This document shows positions 51,554 through 60,626 of a stretch of 64,000 bases of DNA, piece after piece. The stretch comes from Candidatus Bathyarchaeota archaeon (GTDB taxonomy: Archaea; Thermoproteota; Bathyarchaeia; 40CM-2-53-6; RBG-13-38-9). The notes under the pieces are model-generated. The model made no database searches, was not told the origin of the DNA, and worked only from the letters and a program-made list of their open reading frames with translations. The stretch covers positions 32,001 to 96,000 of the forward strand of contig CAWECG010000004.1 of NCBI GenBank assembly GCA_963807605.1, read 5' to 3'. Both the position numbers and the translations under genes were made by a program. Every line of letters starts with the position of its first letter. The stretch's first letter is position 1.

Positions 51554-52003
51554 CTATAGTGAAGCAGCTATATCGGCTGCGATTTGTCTAAACGTTTCTT
51601 CCGCACCTTCTTCGAGCCGTGCCTCTTTCGAATTGAATACGGCTGAGGCATGTGGTCGGACAACATTCATTCCTAGTTTCTCTAGCCTTGCCTCTATCTT
51701 CTTTCCAGCACTGCCAGCGAATTTGCTCTTCAGTTTGGTGTCAAACGCGAATGCTTTCTTACCATGGAGATCTGTACCTTCCAGTTCTTTAAGGAGGATC
51801 TTCATAGGTTTGGACAGACCAAACGCGTGCGTCGGTCCACCTACCGCCAGTAAATCATACTCATTCAATCTACCGATCTGGACCTCTTTGACGTTAATGC
51901 AGTCGGCTTCGACCCCTTTCTTCGTCATTCCTTCTGCTAACGCCTTCGCTATCTTTTCTGTATTTCCGAATTTTGTATCGTAGATCACCATCGCTTTCGT
52001 CAT
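51554..52003 (-). CDS. Flavodoxin-domain protein
   Basis: IYDTKFGNTEKIA, VGGPTH, AFDT. Confidence 0.9.
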   Translation of the reverse strand: MTKAMVIYDTKFGNTEKIAKALAEGMTKKGVEADCINVKEVQIGRLNEYDLLAVGGPTHAFGLSKPMKILLKELEGTDLHGKKAFAFDTKLKSKFAGSAGKKIEARLEKLGMNVVRPHASAVFNSKEARLEEGAEETFRQIAADIAASL

Positions 52004-52337
52004 CTATGATTACCGTTGAAGAGTTCTGGCGGTGACACTATTTATGATTTGAATTTGGTCTGAAGCTGCGCTATGGGTTTTGATCTTAGCTGGTGGTGGC
52101 ACCCTTGGCGAGAGCGTCGTAATTTGAACTGTCAGATTTGATTCGTGTGTGAAGAGATGAAAAGTCTAGTTCTAGTGACATGTTGATTCTCTGTGGTTGG
52201 TAAGCCTTAAACCAACCCGTCACTCCACGGTACGAAAATCATAGTATGTAACTCACTCTAAATGTTTACTTGATATACAGTCACGCTTGCATCTTTGATA
52301 AGAAAGCTTTTGTGAAACAGAATATCAATAACACTAC

Positions 52338-53129
52338 ATGATTAAAATTGAGTCATACGAGGATGTAAGACAGATCACTGCTAGCGTTACGCTATTTGGT
52401 AAAGAAGTCTTTTCTACTAATTCTTATGTTGTAGCCAATCTTCTAATTGATACCGGTCCCGCTAAACTGTCTGAGAAATTTCTGAAAGTCTTGGAACCTT
52501 TTACCGTTAAAAAAGTAGTGAATACTCATGCCCATTCAGATCATATTGGATCAAATTATGCATTTCCCTTTGTTTTTGCACATCCTGAAGGCTTTGAAAG
52601 GTTGAAGAATCCTAAACTCGAAATGATAATAGAGAGATTCCTACTCGGTCTGCCTAAACCATGCAACCCTAGAGAGGTTCCGGCAAAGATTGCTGCGGAT
52701 AACTTCACATTGAACGTGTTACATACACCAGGGCATTCACCAGATCATATATCCTTGTATGAACCGGATCGGAGATGGGTTTTCACTGGAGATTTGTTGC
52801 TATGGAGTCGTACCCGAGAAGTCTTTAAGGACGTAAAGATATATGATGCAATCGAGTCTCTGCGCCGTTTATCTAAGTTGAAAATTGAAATACTATTTCC
52901 CGGACATGGGCCTCCTTTCAAAAATCCGAACGAAGCCTTGAGAATGCAGGTGGAAACTCTAGAAACATTTGAAACACAGATAAGAAAGGCTTATGAAAGG
53001 GGATTATATGCTGAGGAAATTCGGAATGAAATGTTTGGGAAAGAAAGAATGTTTACATATCTTTGTGGAGGGAAATTCTCTGCTTTAAATTTAGTGAATA
53101 GTTTCCTTAAGAATGGGGAAGGATGTTAG
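52338..53129 (+). CDS. MBL-fold metallo-hydrolase
   Basis: THAHSDHIG, TPGHSPDH, FTGD, PGHG. Confidence 0.92.
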   Translation: MIKIESYEDVRQITASVTLFGKEVFSTNSYVVANLLIDTGPAKLSEKFLKVLEPFTVKKVVNTHAHSDHIGSNYAFPFVFAHPEGFERLKNPKLEMIIERFLLGLPKPCNPREVPAKIAADNFTLNVLHTPGHSPDHISLYEPDRRWVFTGDLLLWSRTREVFKDVKIYDAIESLRRLSKLKIEILFPGHGPPFKNPNEALRMQVETLETFETQIRKAYERGLYAEEIRNEMFGKERMFTYLCGGKFSALNLVNSFLKNGEGC

Positions 53130-53429
53130 ACCCTTATTGATTTGGGGTTCCGTATGAGAACTATGTAAGATTCATTGTATGATGAGAACTAAGGTCTGGA
53201 AAGGAAATCTCACTTCAATCTAGAAATGTTCATGTGGATGTCCACGTCGAAGAACCCGTATCCACATGGACACCCCAAACAGCCAGTTATTCATATCCCC
53301 CTATAGCTGGTGAGTGTGTGGGATAGCTGGTGAGAGCATTCAAGATTTGAACTATCAATATATCATACGCATATTGAAAGGAGTGGTATTAAATACGGTA
53401 CGAATGAACAAGATAATAGTGCTATCAAT

Positions 53430-53675
53430 ATGCCTAGACGGAAGAGTTCAAGCATAATATCTGAAGTGCTAACCGCCGCTGAAAGCTTAAGGAACGGTCT
53501 AAACGCTGTCCCAGCTGAGGTTCAAGACAGAATTAGAGACTTGGCTCTAGTTATACTCAACAAACCTGTAAAGAGGCGGGGTCGCCCACCAGGAAAGCGA
53601 AGGGGAAGACCGAGAAAGAAGAGGGGAAGACCAAGGAAGAGGGCAAAAGCAGTAGAGTCGCCGCCACAAGCCTAA
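53430..53675 (+). CDS. Small basic protein with three AT-hooks, copy 2
   Basis: KRRGRPP, KRRGRPRK, KRGRPRK; 3' half and downstream DNA near-identical to copy 1. Confidence 0.85.
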   Translation: MPRRKSSSIISEVLTAAESLRNGLNAVPAEVQDRIRDLALVILNKPVKRRGRPPGKRRGRPRKKRGRPRKRAKAVESPPQA

Positions 53676-54223
53676 TCGCGAAATATATTCCTTTTTGTTT
53701 CTGCAGCGATCTTTTCAACTATCGCAATTTCCGCCATTTCTCTCTCGTCCAACGGTCGTTTTTCTACCACAGCAATATTCTTGATACCTTCAACATAACC
53801 TTCTATGTAACCATCCATATTGTCCATGAACTCCTTCTCGGTCTTTGGAATCCTTCTTCTACCTCTAGTCGGAACAGTTCACTTGACCGCAATAATATAT
53901 GGCACAATTTCACTAGTCAATACGTCTCTTGCATCCCCATAGTTGCTTTTTTGATTGCAGCACTATCCTCAATTTCATTCTACGTAGTCTGTCCAGTGAC
54001 AACAATCAGACTCATTCATAGGAAGGCAATCCAGCTCCACCTCCCCACATGCGAAGACCTTCCCTCTTCACCTTCCCAATCAAACCTCTAGCGTCCCTCG
54101 GCCCCCTCTCGAAGAAAAGCTGCCCAGCTGAGAGAGTAGAAACGATCCTTGACCGTTCCAGGATCATTGAAAAAGGAACTGTGGATTGAACACGCAGAAC
54201 TCGCAGTAGACTAGAAAGCTGCA

Positions 54224-55172
54224 CTCCTAACTAACTGGAATTCAACGCGGCTGGTGATTGTAGCGTGCCCAAGCAACTCCACGATCGCTTCACGTCTTCT
54301 TGCTGAGTGCAAATGCAAAGAATGCCAAGTAGGCCAATCCTATTGCCAGATAGCCGTACGCTTCTGGCCATCGAACAACTGTTCCATGCTTGACGTATAC
54401 GTCCAGGAGGGCACCCATCGGTATGAATATCGGCCACTGATTCAAGACACTCCTCGTCGTTCTGAAGACAGCCGCGTAGACTATCCCTACAACAAACAGA
54501 GTCATGATATTCTCGGGTGTCGCCCATCCTGGATAGCCGATGTGATAGAGTGAGTACATCGCAGATGCGATCAATATGCCAGGTATGATTCCGAAGGCCC
54601 TGTTAAACCTCAGTTGAAGGAATCCTCGGAAGAAGACGGCTTCAAAGAATCCGCTCACAAGGACAAGCATCAACAATGGCGGGAGTATACCCAGATCCCC
54701 CAGCCTTGATACACCTGCGCCGATAAGCGGGGGCATCACGAACACTATTGTTGCCACCAGTCCAATAAGGATGCTAAGCTTCCATCTCTGCTTGGTTATT
54801 CCAATCTCTCGAAAGGCTTCTCTCCTCAAGAATCTGATGTAACCTACCGGGATGAGAACCCCAGCAAAGAATAGGAGACCAACATCGTAGAATATGATGG
54901 CATCAATCATTGACGCTCGGGCGAAAGCAAGATAATTGAAAAGGACGACGAGAGCCCACGCCCCAATCGCGACTAGCAAACTCTTGTCAGGCGAATATCT
55001 GACCGCCAGAACCTGCTTGCATTTCATGCTTCGTTGGTCGATTTGAGGCTGGTGAAAAGGTTTACGATAGGATCGATCCTTCGTGAACTCTAAAAAGCAA
55101 AGCGTCGTCGATTGTTCATAGGTGGCTCGTCGAGAAGTCACAACGGTCCAGACTCGCCTTGCAAAAGACGGA
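54224..55172 (+). repeat. ~950-bp direct repeat, copy B
   Basis: Colinear with 36478-37426. Confidence 0.95.
54290..55027 (-). CDS. CPBP intramembrane protease, copy B
   Basis: Near-identical to copy A. Confidence 0.85.
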   Translation of the reverse strand: MKCKQVLAVRYSPDKSLLVAIGAWALVVLFNYLAFARASMIDAIIFYDVGLLFFAGVLIPVGYIRFLRREAFREIGITKQRWKLSILIGLVATIVFVMPPLIGAGVSRLGDLGILPPLLMLVLVSGFFEAVFFRGFLQLRFNRAFGIIPGILIASAMYSLYHIGYPGWATPENIMTLFVVGIVYAAVFRTTRSVLNQWPIFIPMGALLDVYVKHGTVVRWPEAYGYLAIGLAYLAFFAFALSKKT

Positions 55173-55369
55173 CAGACTTCCACGATCCCCACCAAAGAGC
55201 CAAATTACCTATATCCCCCTCACCAGCTTGGGCGCACACACAACGATGTACGAATAAGGGCCTGGAGCGATGGATAAGGAATCTCCCAGCGGCCTCCCCA
55301 TCTGTCTCAAGTTGCGGTGAAATGTTATTAGCCACCCGTAAGAGTGGTGTTGGGGGTCGGTTTTCGGCA

Positions 55370-55950
55370 ATGTCCGAGAAGTCCAGAATTAGGACCTTCT
55401 CAGATTATGTGTTCGGACTTGTAGTGGTCTTCAGCAGCTTCTCACTGACTAACAGCGTCATTCAGGCGCCAGTCGATCTTGTCAGTAGTATAGCGTTGTT
55501 TACTTTGAGTTTTGCGATCTTGATCACAGTGTGGCTCATATATGACGGCCTGATGGCCAAACTTCGTGTGGAAACCAGCACGGCCCTGGCTCTAAACATC
55601 ATATTATTGTTTCTCGCGGTGTTGGAGCCTTTCCTGTTGAACATCGTTTTTTGAACCCTAGGGTCTCCGATTTCGCGTCTACTTGCTATGCCATTGATAT
55701 GGGTGGTCTGCTTGGAATATGTGCTCTGCTAGCTCATATGCTTGCAATAGACAGCCGCAACGCGCTTTCGGTGGAGGTGTCAAAGACTCTCAGGTCCGAG
55801 AGGAATCTGTTCGCGATTGTTGCTGCGATTTTCGTTGTGTCGACCGCGCCTTTGCTAGTGACCTTCACGTTTTTGGGTTGGACATTGCGAGCATGGCTAT
55901 GGGTGGCGATGTTGTTCGTGTACCCCATCAGAAGAGCGACTTCACGATAA
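55370..55950 (+). CDS. TMEM175-family potassium channel, frameshift in T6 run near 55650
   Basis: SRIRTFSD (RxxxFSD) signature; TM helices continue in ORF 55651-55950. Confidence 0.72.
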
Positions 55951-56084
55951 CTAGCGCGTGATAGCGCGCCCGAGGTTTGCGGTTGTTCAGGCCTCCTCGT
56001 GGCGTGACGGTCTCTGTTAAATGGTATCGGAATAACTAACAAGTGTTTTATACCTGTTACAAGGAGAGCTTGTTGGTAATTCTG

Positions 56085-57203
56085 ATGTCTATTACGGGTA
56101 AGCTTCCACTAACCCTACTATTGATGATGGTGATTGTCTCAGCAGGCTCCCTCATCCAGTTGCAGCCTGCCTCCGCAACCTTTCCAGGAGCTAACGGCAA
56201 GATAGTATTCTCAAGAATCATCGGAACCCTTCCAACTTTAACCACTCCAACTATTTTCGCTCCAACCCCTCCAACTATACCCTATCAACTTGAGATCTTC
56301 ACTGTGAACCCTGACGGCTCAGGCTTAACTCAGCTTACCTCGACCGGGCCAGGCATGGCTAATTCATACCCACGTTGGTCTGCGGACGGTACAAAAATAG
56401 TATTCTCAAGCTTCAGGACTGGCGTATCCGCGATCTGGGTGATGAATGCTAACGGATCAGGACAGAATCAAATAACCCATCCACCACCTTCTACACGTAA
56501 CTATGAACCGGCCTTTTCTCCAGACGGATCAAAGATTGTATTCACAAACGCATCATCAACTACTACTAACATTTGGGTGACTAATGTTGACGGCTCAAAC
56601 CAGAAGCAACTGACTATAGGATCTGAGACAGACACTTTTCCTGTCTGGTCTCCTGACGGGTCGAAGATAGCATTTATGAGATATCCGGTATCCGGCAACG
56701 AACACATCTTTGTAATGAATCCTGACGGCTCAGGCCAGACCGACATAAGCAAGGATCCTACTGCACAAGACTACTACCCTGAATGGTCCCCCAACGGAGG
56801 GATGATTGCATTCAGTAGCTTCCCCAGTCTTGCGATATGGGTGATGAATGCTGACGGATCAGGCAGAAAGCAACTGAGCACTCCTCCTAATGGAGTGTCA
56901 GATTTCTATCCCGCTTGGTCTCCTGACGGAACAAAGATCGCATTCGCCAGAGGCGAACTCGCTAGCATAATTGTGATGAATGCAGACGGCTCAAACCCGA
57001 CTGATATAACCCAATCACAGCCAAACTCAACCACAGACACTACTCCAAATTGGCAGCCTCTGTTCCTGCCTCCGCCCGCAAGACCTGTAGGCGGTGTAAC
57101 CCTACCAACCAACAAGCTTGAGATCCTAACACCCTCCCTAACCTTAGCAGGACTAGCCGCTGCAGTATCCGCAGTTGTAGTAGTTAAGAGAAGAAGAGAC
57201 TAA
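56085..57203 (+). CDS. Secreted TolB-like (PD40 repeat) beta-propeller with PVGG C-terminal anchor
   Basis: Signal peptide, ATFPGANGKI, repeated P.WSPDG.KI.F, PVGG...NKL..TM..KRRRD. Confidence 0.9.
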   Translation: MSITGKLPLTLLLMMVIVSAGSLIQLQPASATFPGANGKIVFSRIIGTLPTLTTPTIFAPTPPTIPYQLEIFTVNPDGSGLTQLTSTGPGMANSYPRWSADGTKIVFSSFRTGVSAIWVMNANGSGQNQITHPPPSTRNYEPAFSPDGSKIVFTNASSTTTNIWVTNVDGSNQKQLTIGSETDTFPVWSPDGSKIAFMRYPVSGNEHIFVMNPDGSGQTDISKDPTAQDYYPEWSPNGGMIAFSSFPSLAIWVMNADGSGRKQLSTPPNGVSDFYPAWSPDGTKIAFARGELASIIVMNADGSNPTDITQSQPNSTTDTTPNWQPLFLPPPARPVGGVTLPTNKLEILTPSLTLAGLAAAVSAVVVVKRRRD

Positions 57204-57445
57204 CCAAAACATCCTTTATCTTTTTTCGTAACTTCCTAGGATACTTTCTTTTTTGAGGCTGTCCTTCTTGCCTATCCTCCTGTGTCGTTATGCCCCTACA
57301 TATGTAGAGACAGAATAGGTTCGGTTCAACTATAATCGAACCAGATCTCACCACGACGTGCCAGTAACAAAGAATTTAAGATGGAAAATCGTATTATTTA
57401 GAAACGTTGAGTCTGGAATGACTTTTTCCATGAAAAAAGGGCAGG

Positions 57446-57486
57446 ATTTGAACCCTAATGGGTTCAAATACCACCGGGTCCACCAC
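57446..57486. repeat. Right attachment site with palindrome ATTTGAACCC-TAAT-GGGTTCAAAT
   Basis: Copy of the tRNA-Ile2 3' end preceded by an inverted copy of its T-arm. Confidence 0.85.
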
Positions 57487-57627
57487 GTAACCCGCACACA
57501 GATCATCGCAGCTAGCGAGCGCTAGAAGCGACTGTCATTCATTCTTTTTGTCATGTGAGCACGAGAAAAACATCATTTATATCTTGGGATTTCATCGCTC
57601 TTATCCCAATATGTCGAGGTAAGATCT

Positions 57628-57822
57628 TTGCCTTCGGAAATCTCTGATGAAGAGTCTTTCATCAAACTCTCAGAGTCCGCTCTGGAATGTCGTGTTAGAA
57701 GGGCAGGGGACTCTGTTAAACTGAAGCTTCGTACCCCTAGAAAACTCTATACTATGAAGGTGGCCAGTTCAAAGGCCGAGGATATCATTAAGAGACTTGT
57801 CTGCGAGGTCGTAGAAGTCTAA
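57628..57822 (+). CDS. rpl38e: Ribosomal protein eL38
   Basis: MP.EI.D...F......C.V....VKLKLRT.R.LYT. Confidence 0.88.
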   Translation: MPSEISDEESFIKLSESALECRVRRAGDSVKLKLRTPRKLYTMKVASSKAEDIIKRLVCEVVEV

Positions 57823-57829
57823 GCGAGCC

Positions 57830-58118
57830 CTAGCCTCCATGAGCAGTTGGGATAAGCGTCAAGATATCTCCGTCTGAAAGAGAGGTCTCAAGCCCCTCCA
57901 AGAGACCTATTTCAACATCATTGACCAGAATTACCATACTAGGCCTAGGATTCGAAGGAGTTCTCATCGCCAATAATTGATTTCAGCTTAGTGAACTCAG
58001 ATACGAGTGTTTCGATTACGTTCCTGACTTTCCCCCATCCCTCAGTTTCCACTTCGATCTGCTCTCTGCCTGAGGCCCACCTGAAGGCCCCGACAAACTT
58101 TACCCTGATCTTGCCCAA
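57830..58118 (-). CDS. MoaD/ThiS/SAMP ubiquitin-like protein (one extra base near 57955; absent from ORF track)
   Basis: MGKIRVKFVGAF...ILVND.EI.LL.GLET.L.DGD.L.LIPTAHGG*. Confidence 0.85.
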
Positions 58119-58128
58119 GACCCCTCAT

Positions 58129-58509
58129 CTACTGTAGAGTCTCGACAACTGACTCAGCTGCATTGACAATTATCCTCGTGGTCTCAACCACAGTCTCCTT
58201 CTTCGGAGGATGCTCTTGCTCAGAGAGGCTTTGTGCGACTTCTCGCATTTTAATGAGAATCCTTGCAGAAGCTTCCTCTAGGCTTAACCCTCTTAGACTC
58301 TGCTCATCTGCAATGATCTCAGGATACTCTGGTTGACTAAGAGCATACTTGACAGCCAACCGTGCTTTCCTGATGGCAATAAGCGCCAGCTCCATTACTG
58401 TCTCGGGGTTGTTGAGTTCTTGTGCTAAAGAAAGATCGACTATGGCTTCTCTAATGTACCTCAACGCCCATACTCTATCCGATTCAGGGCAGAAGCTAAG
58501 AAGTTTCAT
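58129..58509 (-). CDS. Hypothetical helical protein
   Basis: 126-aa ORF directly upstream of the SAMP gene. Confidence 0.6.
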   Translation of the reverse strand: MKLLSFCPESDRVWALRYIREAIVDLSLAQELNNPETVMELALIAIRKARLAVKYALSQPEYPEIIADEQSLRGLSLEEASARILIKMREVAQSLSEQEHPPKKETVVETTRIIVNAAESVVETLQ

Positions 58510-58708
58510 AACTTTCTCACAAAGTGGAATCGGGCCAACTTTCTGATAGTACTATCTGTTATAGGTATCCGTTTTTGGAAAAAAGAAGGTTATCACAGAA
58601 TCTCAGATGGCGAGCTGGCTTAAAATGGGATAATTGGAGGCCCGGCCAACCTCGTGGCTCACCAATATGAGCCTCCTATCTACTCAAGATTGGGGAATGA
58701 ATTATCTC

Positions 58709-58993
58709 TCAACTGGATTTTGTGAGAGTTATCTCGATTGTAGAGACGGACCTAGTTCCGCCCTCTTCCATGGGTATGTCTTCTGTCCCGACGTTTACTT
58801 TCTCGATCTTAAGGTTTTCCATGAATCTACGTCTAGTTATCTCGGCGACATCAACAGCGGTTGATATGGCCTGCCCTCTGGCCTTGAGGGTGACTTCCTT
58901 CGTCTCTCCCCCGCCGAAGAGGGTTATCACAGCCAGCACATAGTTCATGGTCGGCTTTCGTCCTATGAATACTGTATTCGGTTCCCTTGACAT
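58709..58993 (-). CDS. albA: DNA/RNA-binding protein Alba
   Basis: VFIGRKP.MNYVLA, LKARG.AIS.AVDVAE, VS.IEI.L. Confidence 0.97.
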   Translation of the reverse strand: MSREPNTVFIGRKPTMNYVLAVITLFGGGETKEVTLKARGQAISTAVDVAEITRRRFMENLKIEKVNVGTEDIPMEEGGTRSVSTIEITLTKSS

Positions 58994-59074
58994 TGTATTG
59001 TATTCCTCCTCCAATGAGTTTCTAGTGAAAGGTTATGTCGTATCATCGATATTTAAACGCTTTTCAGAGCGTAT

Positions 59075-59326
59075 TCAGCGACTTCTCTCTTCTTCAGGAG
59101 GTGCGACCGCCGCAGGAGCCATCATGTGTTCTTTTCTATGCTCTTCAACGCGCTTCAGTCCCGTCAAGTATCCGGCGATTCTGTTGCGCATCTTATTCGT
59201 ACTCGTCTCGACATACTGATCTACCAACTGCTTGTTGGCGTCAAAGTCCGTGGTGACTTTGTCTCCATGTGCCTGTATGATCTCGTCCGCCGTCTTCTTG
59301 ATGATGTACGCCCTTACCTTCCCCAA
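59075..59326 (-). CDS. rps17e: Ribosomal protein eS17
   Basis: MGKVR..IKK.A, DF..NK, RNRIAGY.T. Confidence 0.96.
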   Translation of the reverse strand: MGKVRAYIIKKTADEIIQAHGDKVTTDFDANKQLVDQYVETSTNKMRNRIAGYLTGLKRVEEHRKEHMMAPAAVAPPEEERSR

Positions 59327-59539
59327 TCGTTGTCATCTCATTCTTGATCTGTCTAGGCGAGAAGGATTCCAAACAACACTAAAAATGTTTGGGTACGTTT
59401 CCAATTGTCAGAATTTTTAACCTCCTTCACTTTCTGGAGGTCTCTCAACGTGTTATTCACACTCTCCAGACAACTTTGAGGCTGTTGCCGGAAAAATCCT
59501 TAAATATCAAGCAATTTTTTGGAAATAACAGGGAACTCT

Positions 59540-59755
59540 ATGACTGATAATGAACTCTCAACAGCTGCCATACACCGGCTCATCGAGAAAGCAGGAGCTG
59601 CAAGAGTCGGCGACGGTGCCGTGGAAGTATTGAGAGAAGTACTTGAAAACATGGCCGTTCAGATAAGCAAGGATGCAATCGATTTTGCATCTCATGCAGG
59701 CAGAAGAACTGTGAGAGCTGAAGACATCAAACTTGCAGCAAAGAAATTCGCATAA
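59540..59755 (+). CDS. Archaeal histone (HMf family)
   Basis: EL..AAI.RLI.KAGA.RV...A...HAGRRTV.AEDIKLA. Confidence 0.95.
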   Translation: MTDNELSTAAIHRLIEKAGAARVGDGAVEVLREVLENMAVQISKDAIDFASHAGRRTVRAEDIKLAAKKFA

Positions 59756-59876
59756 GAAGAGCCCCACAAACATGAAGTTTTCCAGTACACTGAGGATCAA
59801 GATCCTCTGAGCGACGTTCAAGCCAGAGATATCAGCACGCAAACGTATTTAACGCCAAGCTATTGTTGAGTAGTGT

Positions 59877-59990
59877 GCTCCGGTAGTATAGCCCGGTCAA
59901 GTTCAGCCGAAAGTATGACGGCCTCTCGAGTCGCCGACGCGGGTTCAAAAGCAGTCACAATGCCTGCTGAAATTCCCGCCCGGAGCACCA
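59877..59990 (+). tRNA. tRNA-Glu(CTC) with two introns (D-loop 59900-59911; 59/60: 59950-59973)
   Basis: GCTCCGG/CCGGAGC acceptor stem, CCA; BHB helices CGGT/GCCG and TTCA/TGAA. Confidence 0.9.
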
Positions 59991-60013
59991 ACTGTGAGAC
60001 GGTGGCGATAAGA

Positions 60014-60619
60014 TTGAGTAAGATAGTGGTGACTGGGACTCCTGGTTCCGGAAAGACAACCGTCGCTAGATTGATGGCTAAATCACTCAACGGCATCCAT
60101 ATAGACTGTGGCAGGCTAGCCCTTCGTGAAGGCCTGATACGCAGATACGACCCTGCTACCGGTTCATACGTAGTTGACTCACAAGGCCTTTCGAGACGAC
60201 TTCACAAGATTCTGAAATATGTGCAGAAAGATGTCATCCTTGAAGGGCACGTGATCCCGAGCATACCAGGATTCGCACCCTCAAGAGTCTTCGTCCTGAG
60301 ATGTCATCCTGACCTCTTGATCGCGAGGCTCAAACGAAGAGGCTACTCAAGAAGAAAAATCGTTGAGAATATTGCCGCTGAGATCTTGGACTCTTGCCTC
60401 GAAGAGGCTGTCGAATTATTCGGGATTAAAAGGATCGTCGAGTTGGATTCCTCTAATAAACGTCCCGCACAAGTCGCGTCGCTAGCATTCAGGATCCTCT
60501 TGGGAGAAGTTAAAGGAACACGTAATCATATGGACTGGATTCGAAGACTCGAGAGGGAAGGTAGGCTATATGAGATTCTGAATTATGTGGAGACAAAGAC
60601 TAGCCGCGATTATCTTTAG
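60014..60619 (+). CDS. Adenylate kinase AK6/Fap7 family
   Basis: TGTPGSGKTT, ILEGH, LRC.P..L..RL..RGY..KI.EN..AE. Confidence 0.9.
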   Translation: MSKIVVTGTPGSGKTTVARLMAKSLNGIHIDCGRLALREGLIRRYDPATGSYVVDSQGLSRRLHKILKYVQKDVILEGHVIPSIPGFAPSRVFVLRCHPDLLIARLKRRGYSRRKIVENIAAEILDSCLEEAVELFGIKRIVELDSSNKRPAQVASLAFRILLGEVKGTRNHMDWIRRLEREGRLYEILNYVETKTSRDYL

Positions 60620-60626
60620 TTAGAAC

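Larger units (their letters stand above)
33862..57486. mobile_element. Integrative element/genomic island (~23.6 kb) inserted in the tRNA-Ile2 3' end
   Basis: 29-bp direct repeat 33862-33890 vs 57458-57486 (2 mismatches); integrase next to the tRNA; core genes resume after the right repeat. Confidence 0.88.

Noticed and set aside
58600-58690. Additional tRNA
   Set aside because: No T-loop or D-loop consensus and no CCA
59873-60013. N-terminal extension of the adenylate kinase ORF
   Set aside because: Overlaps the intron-containing tRNA-Glu; TTG at 60014 fits the family start
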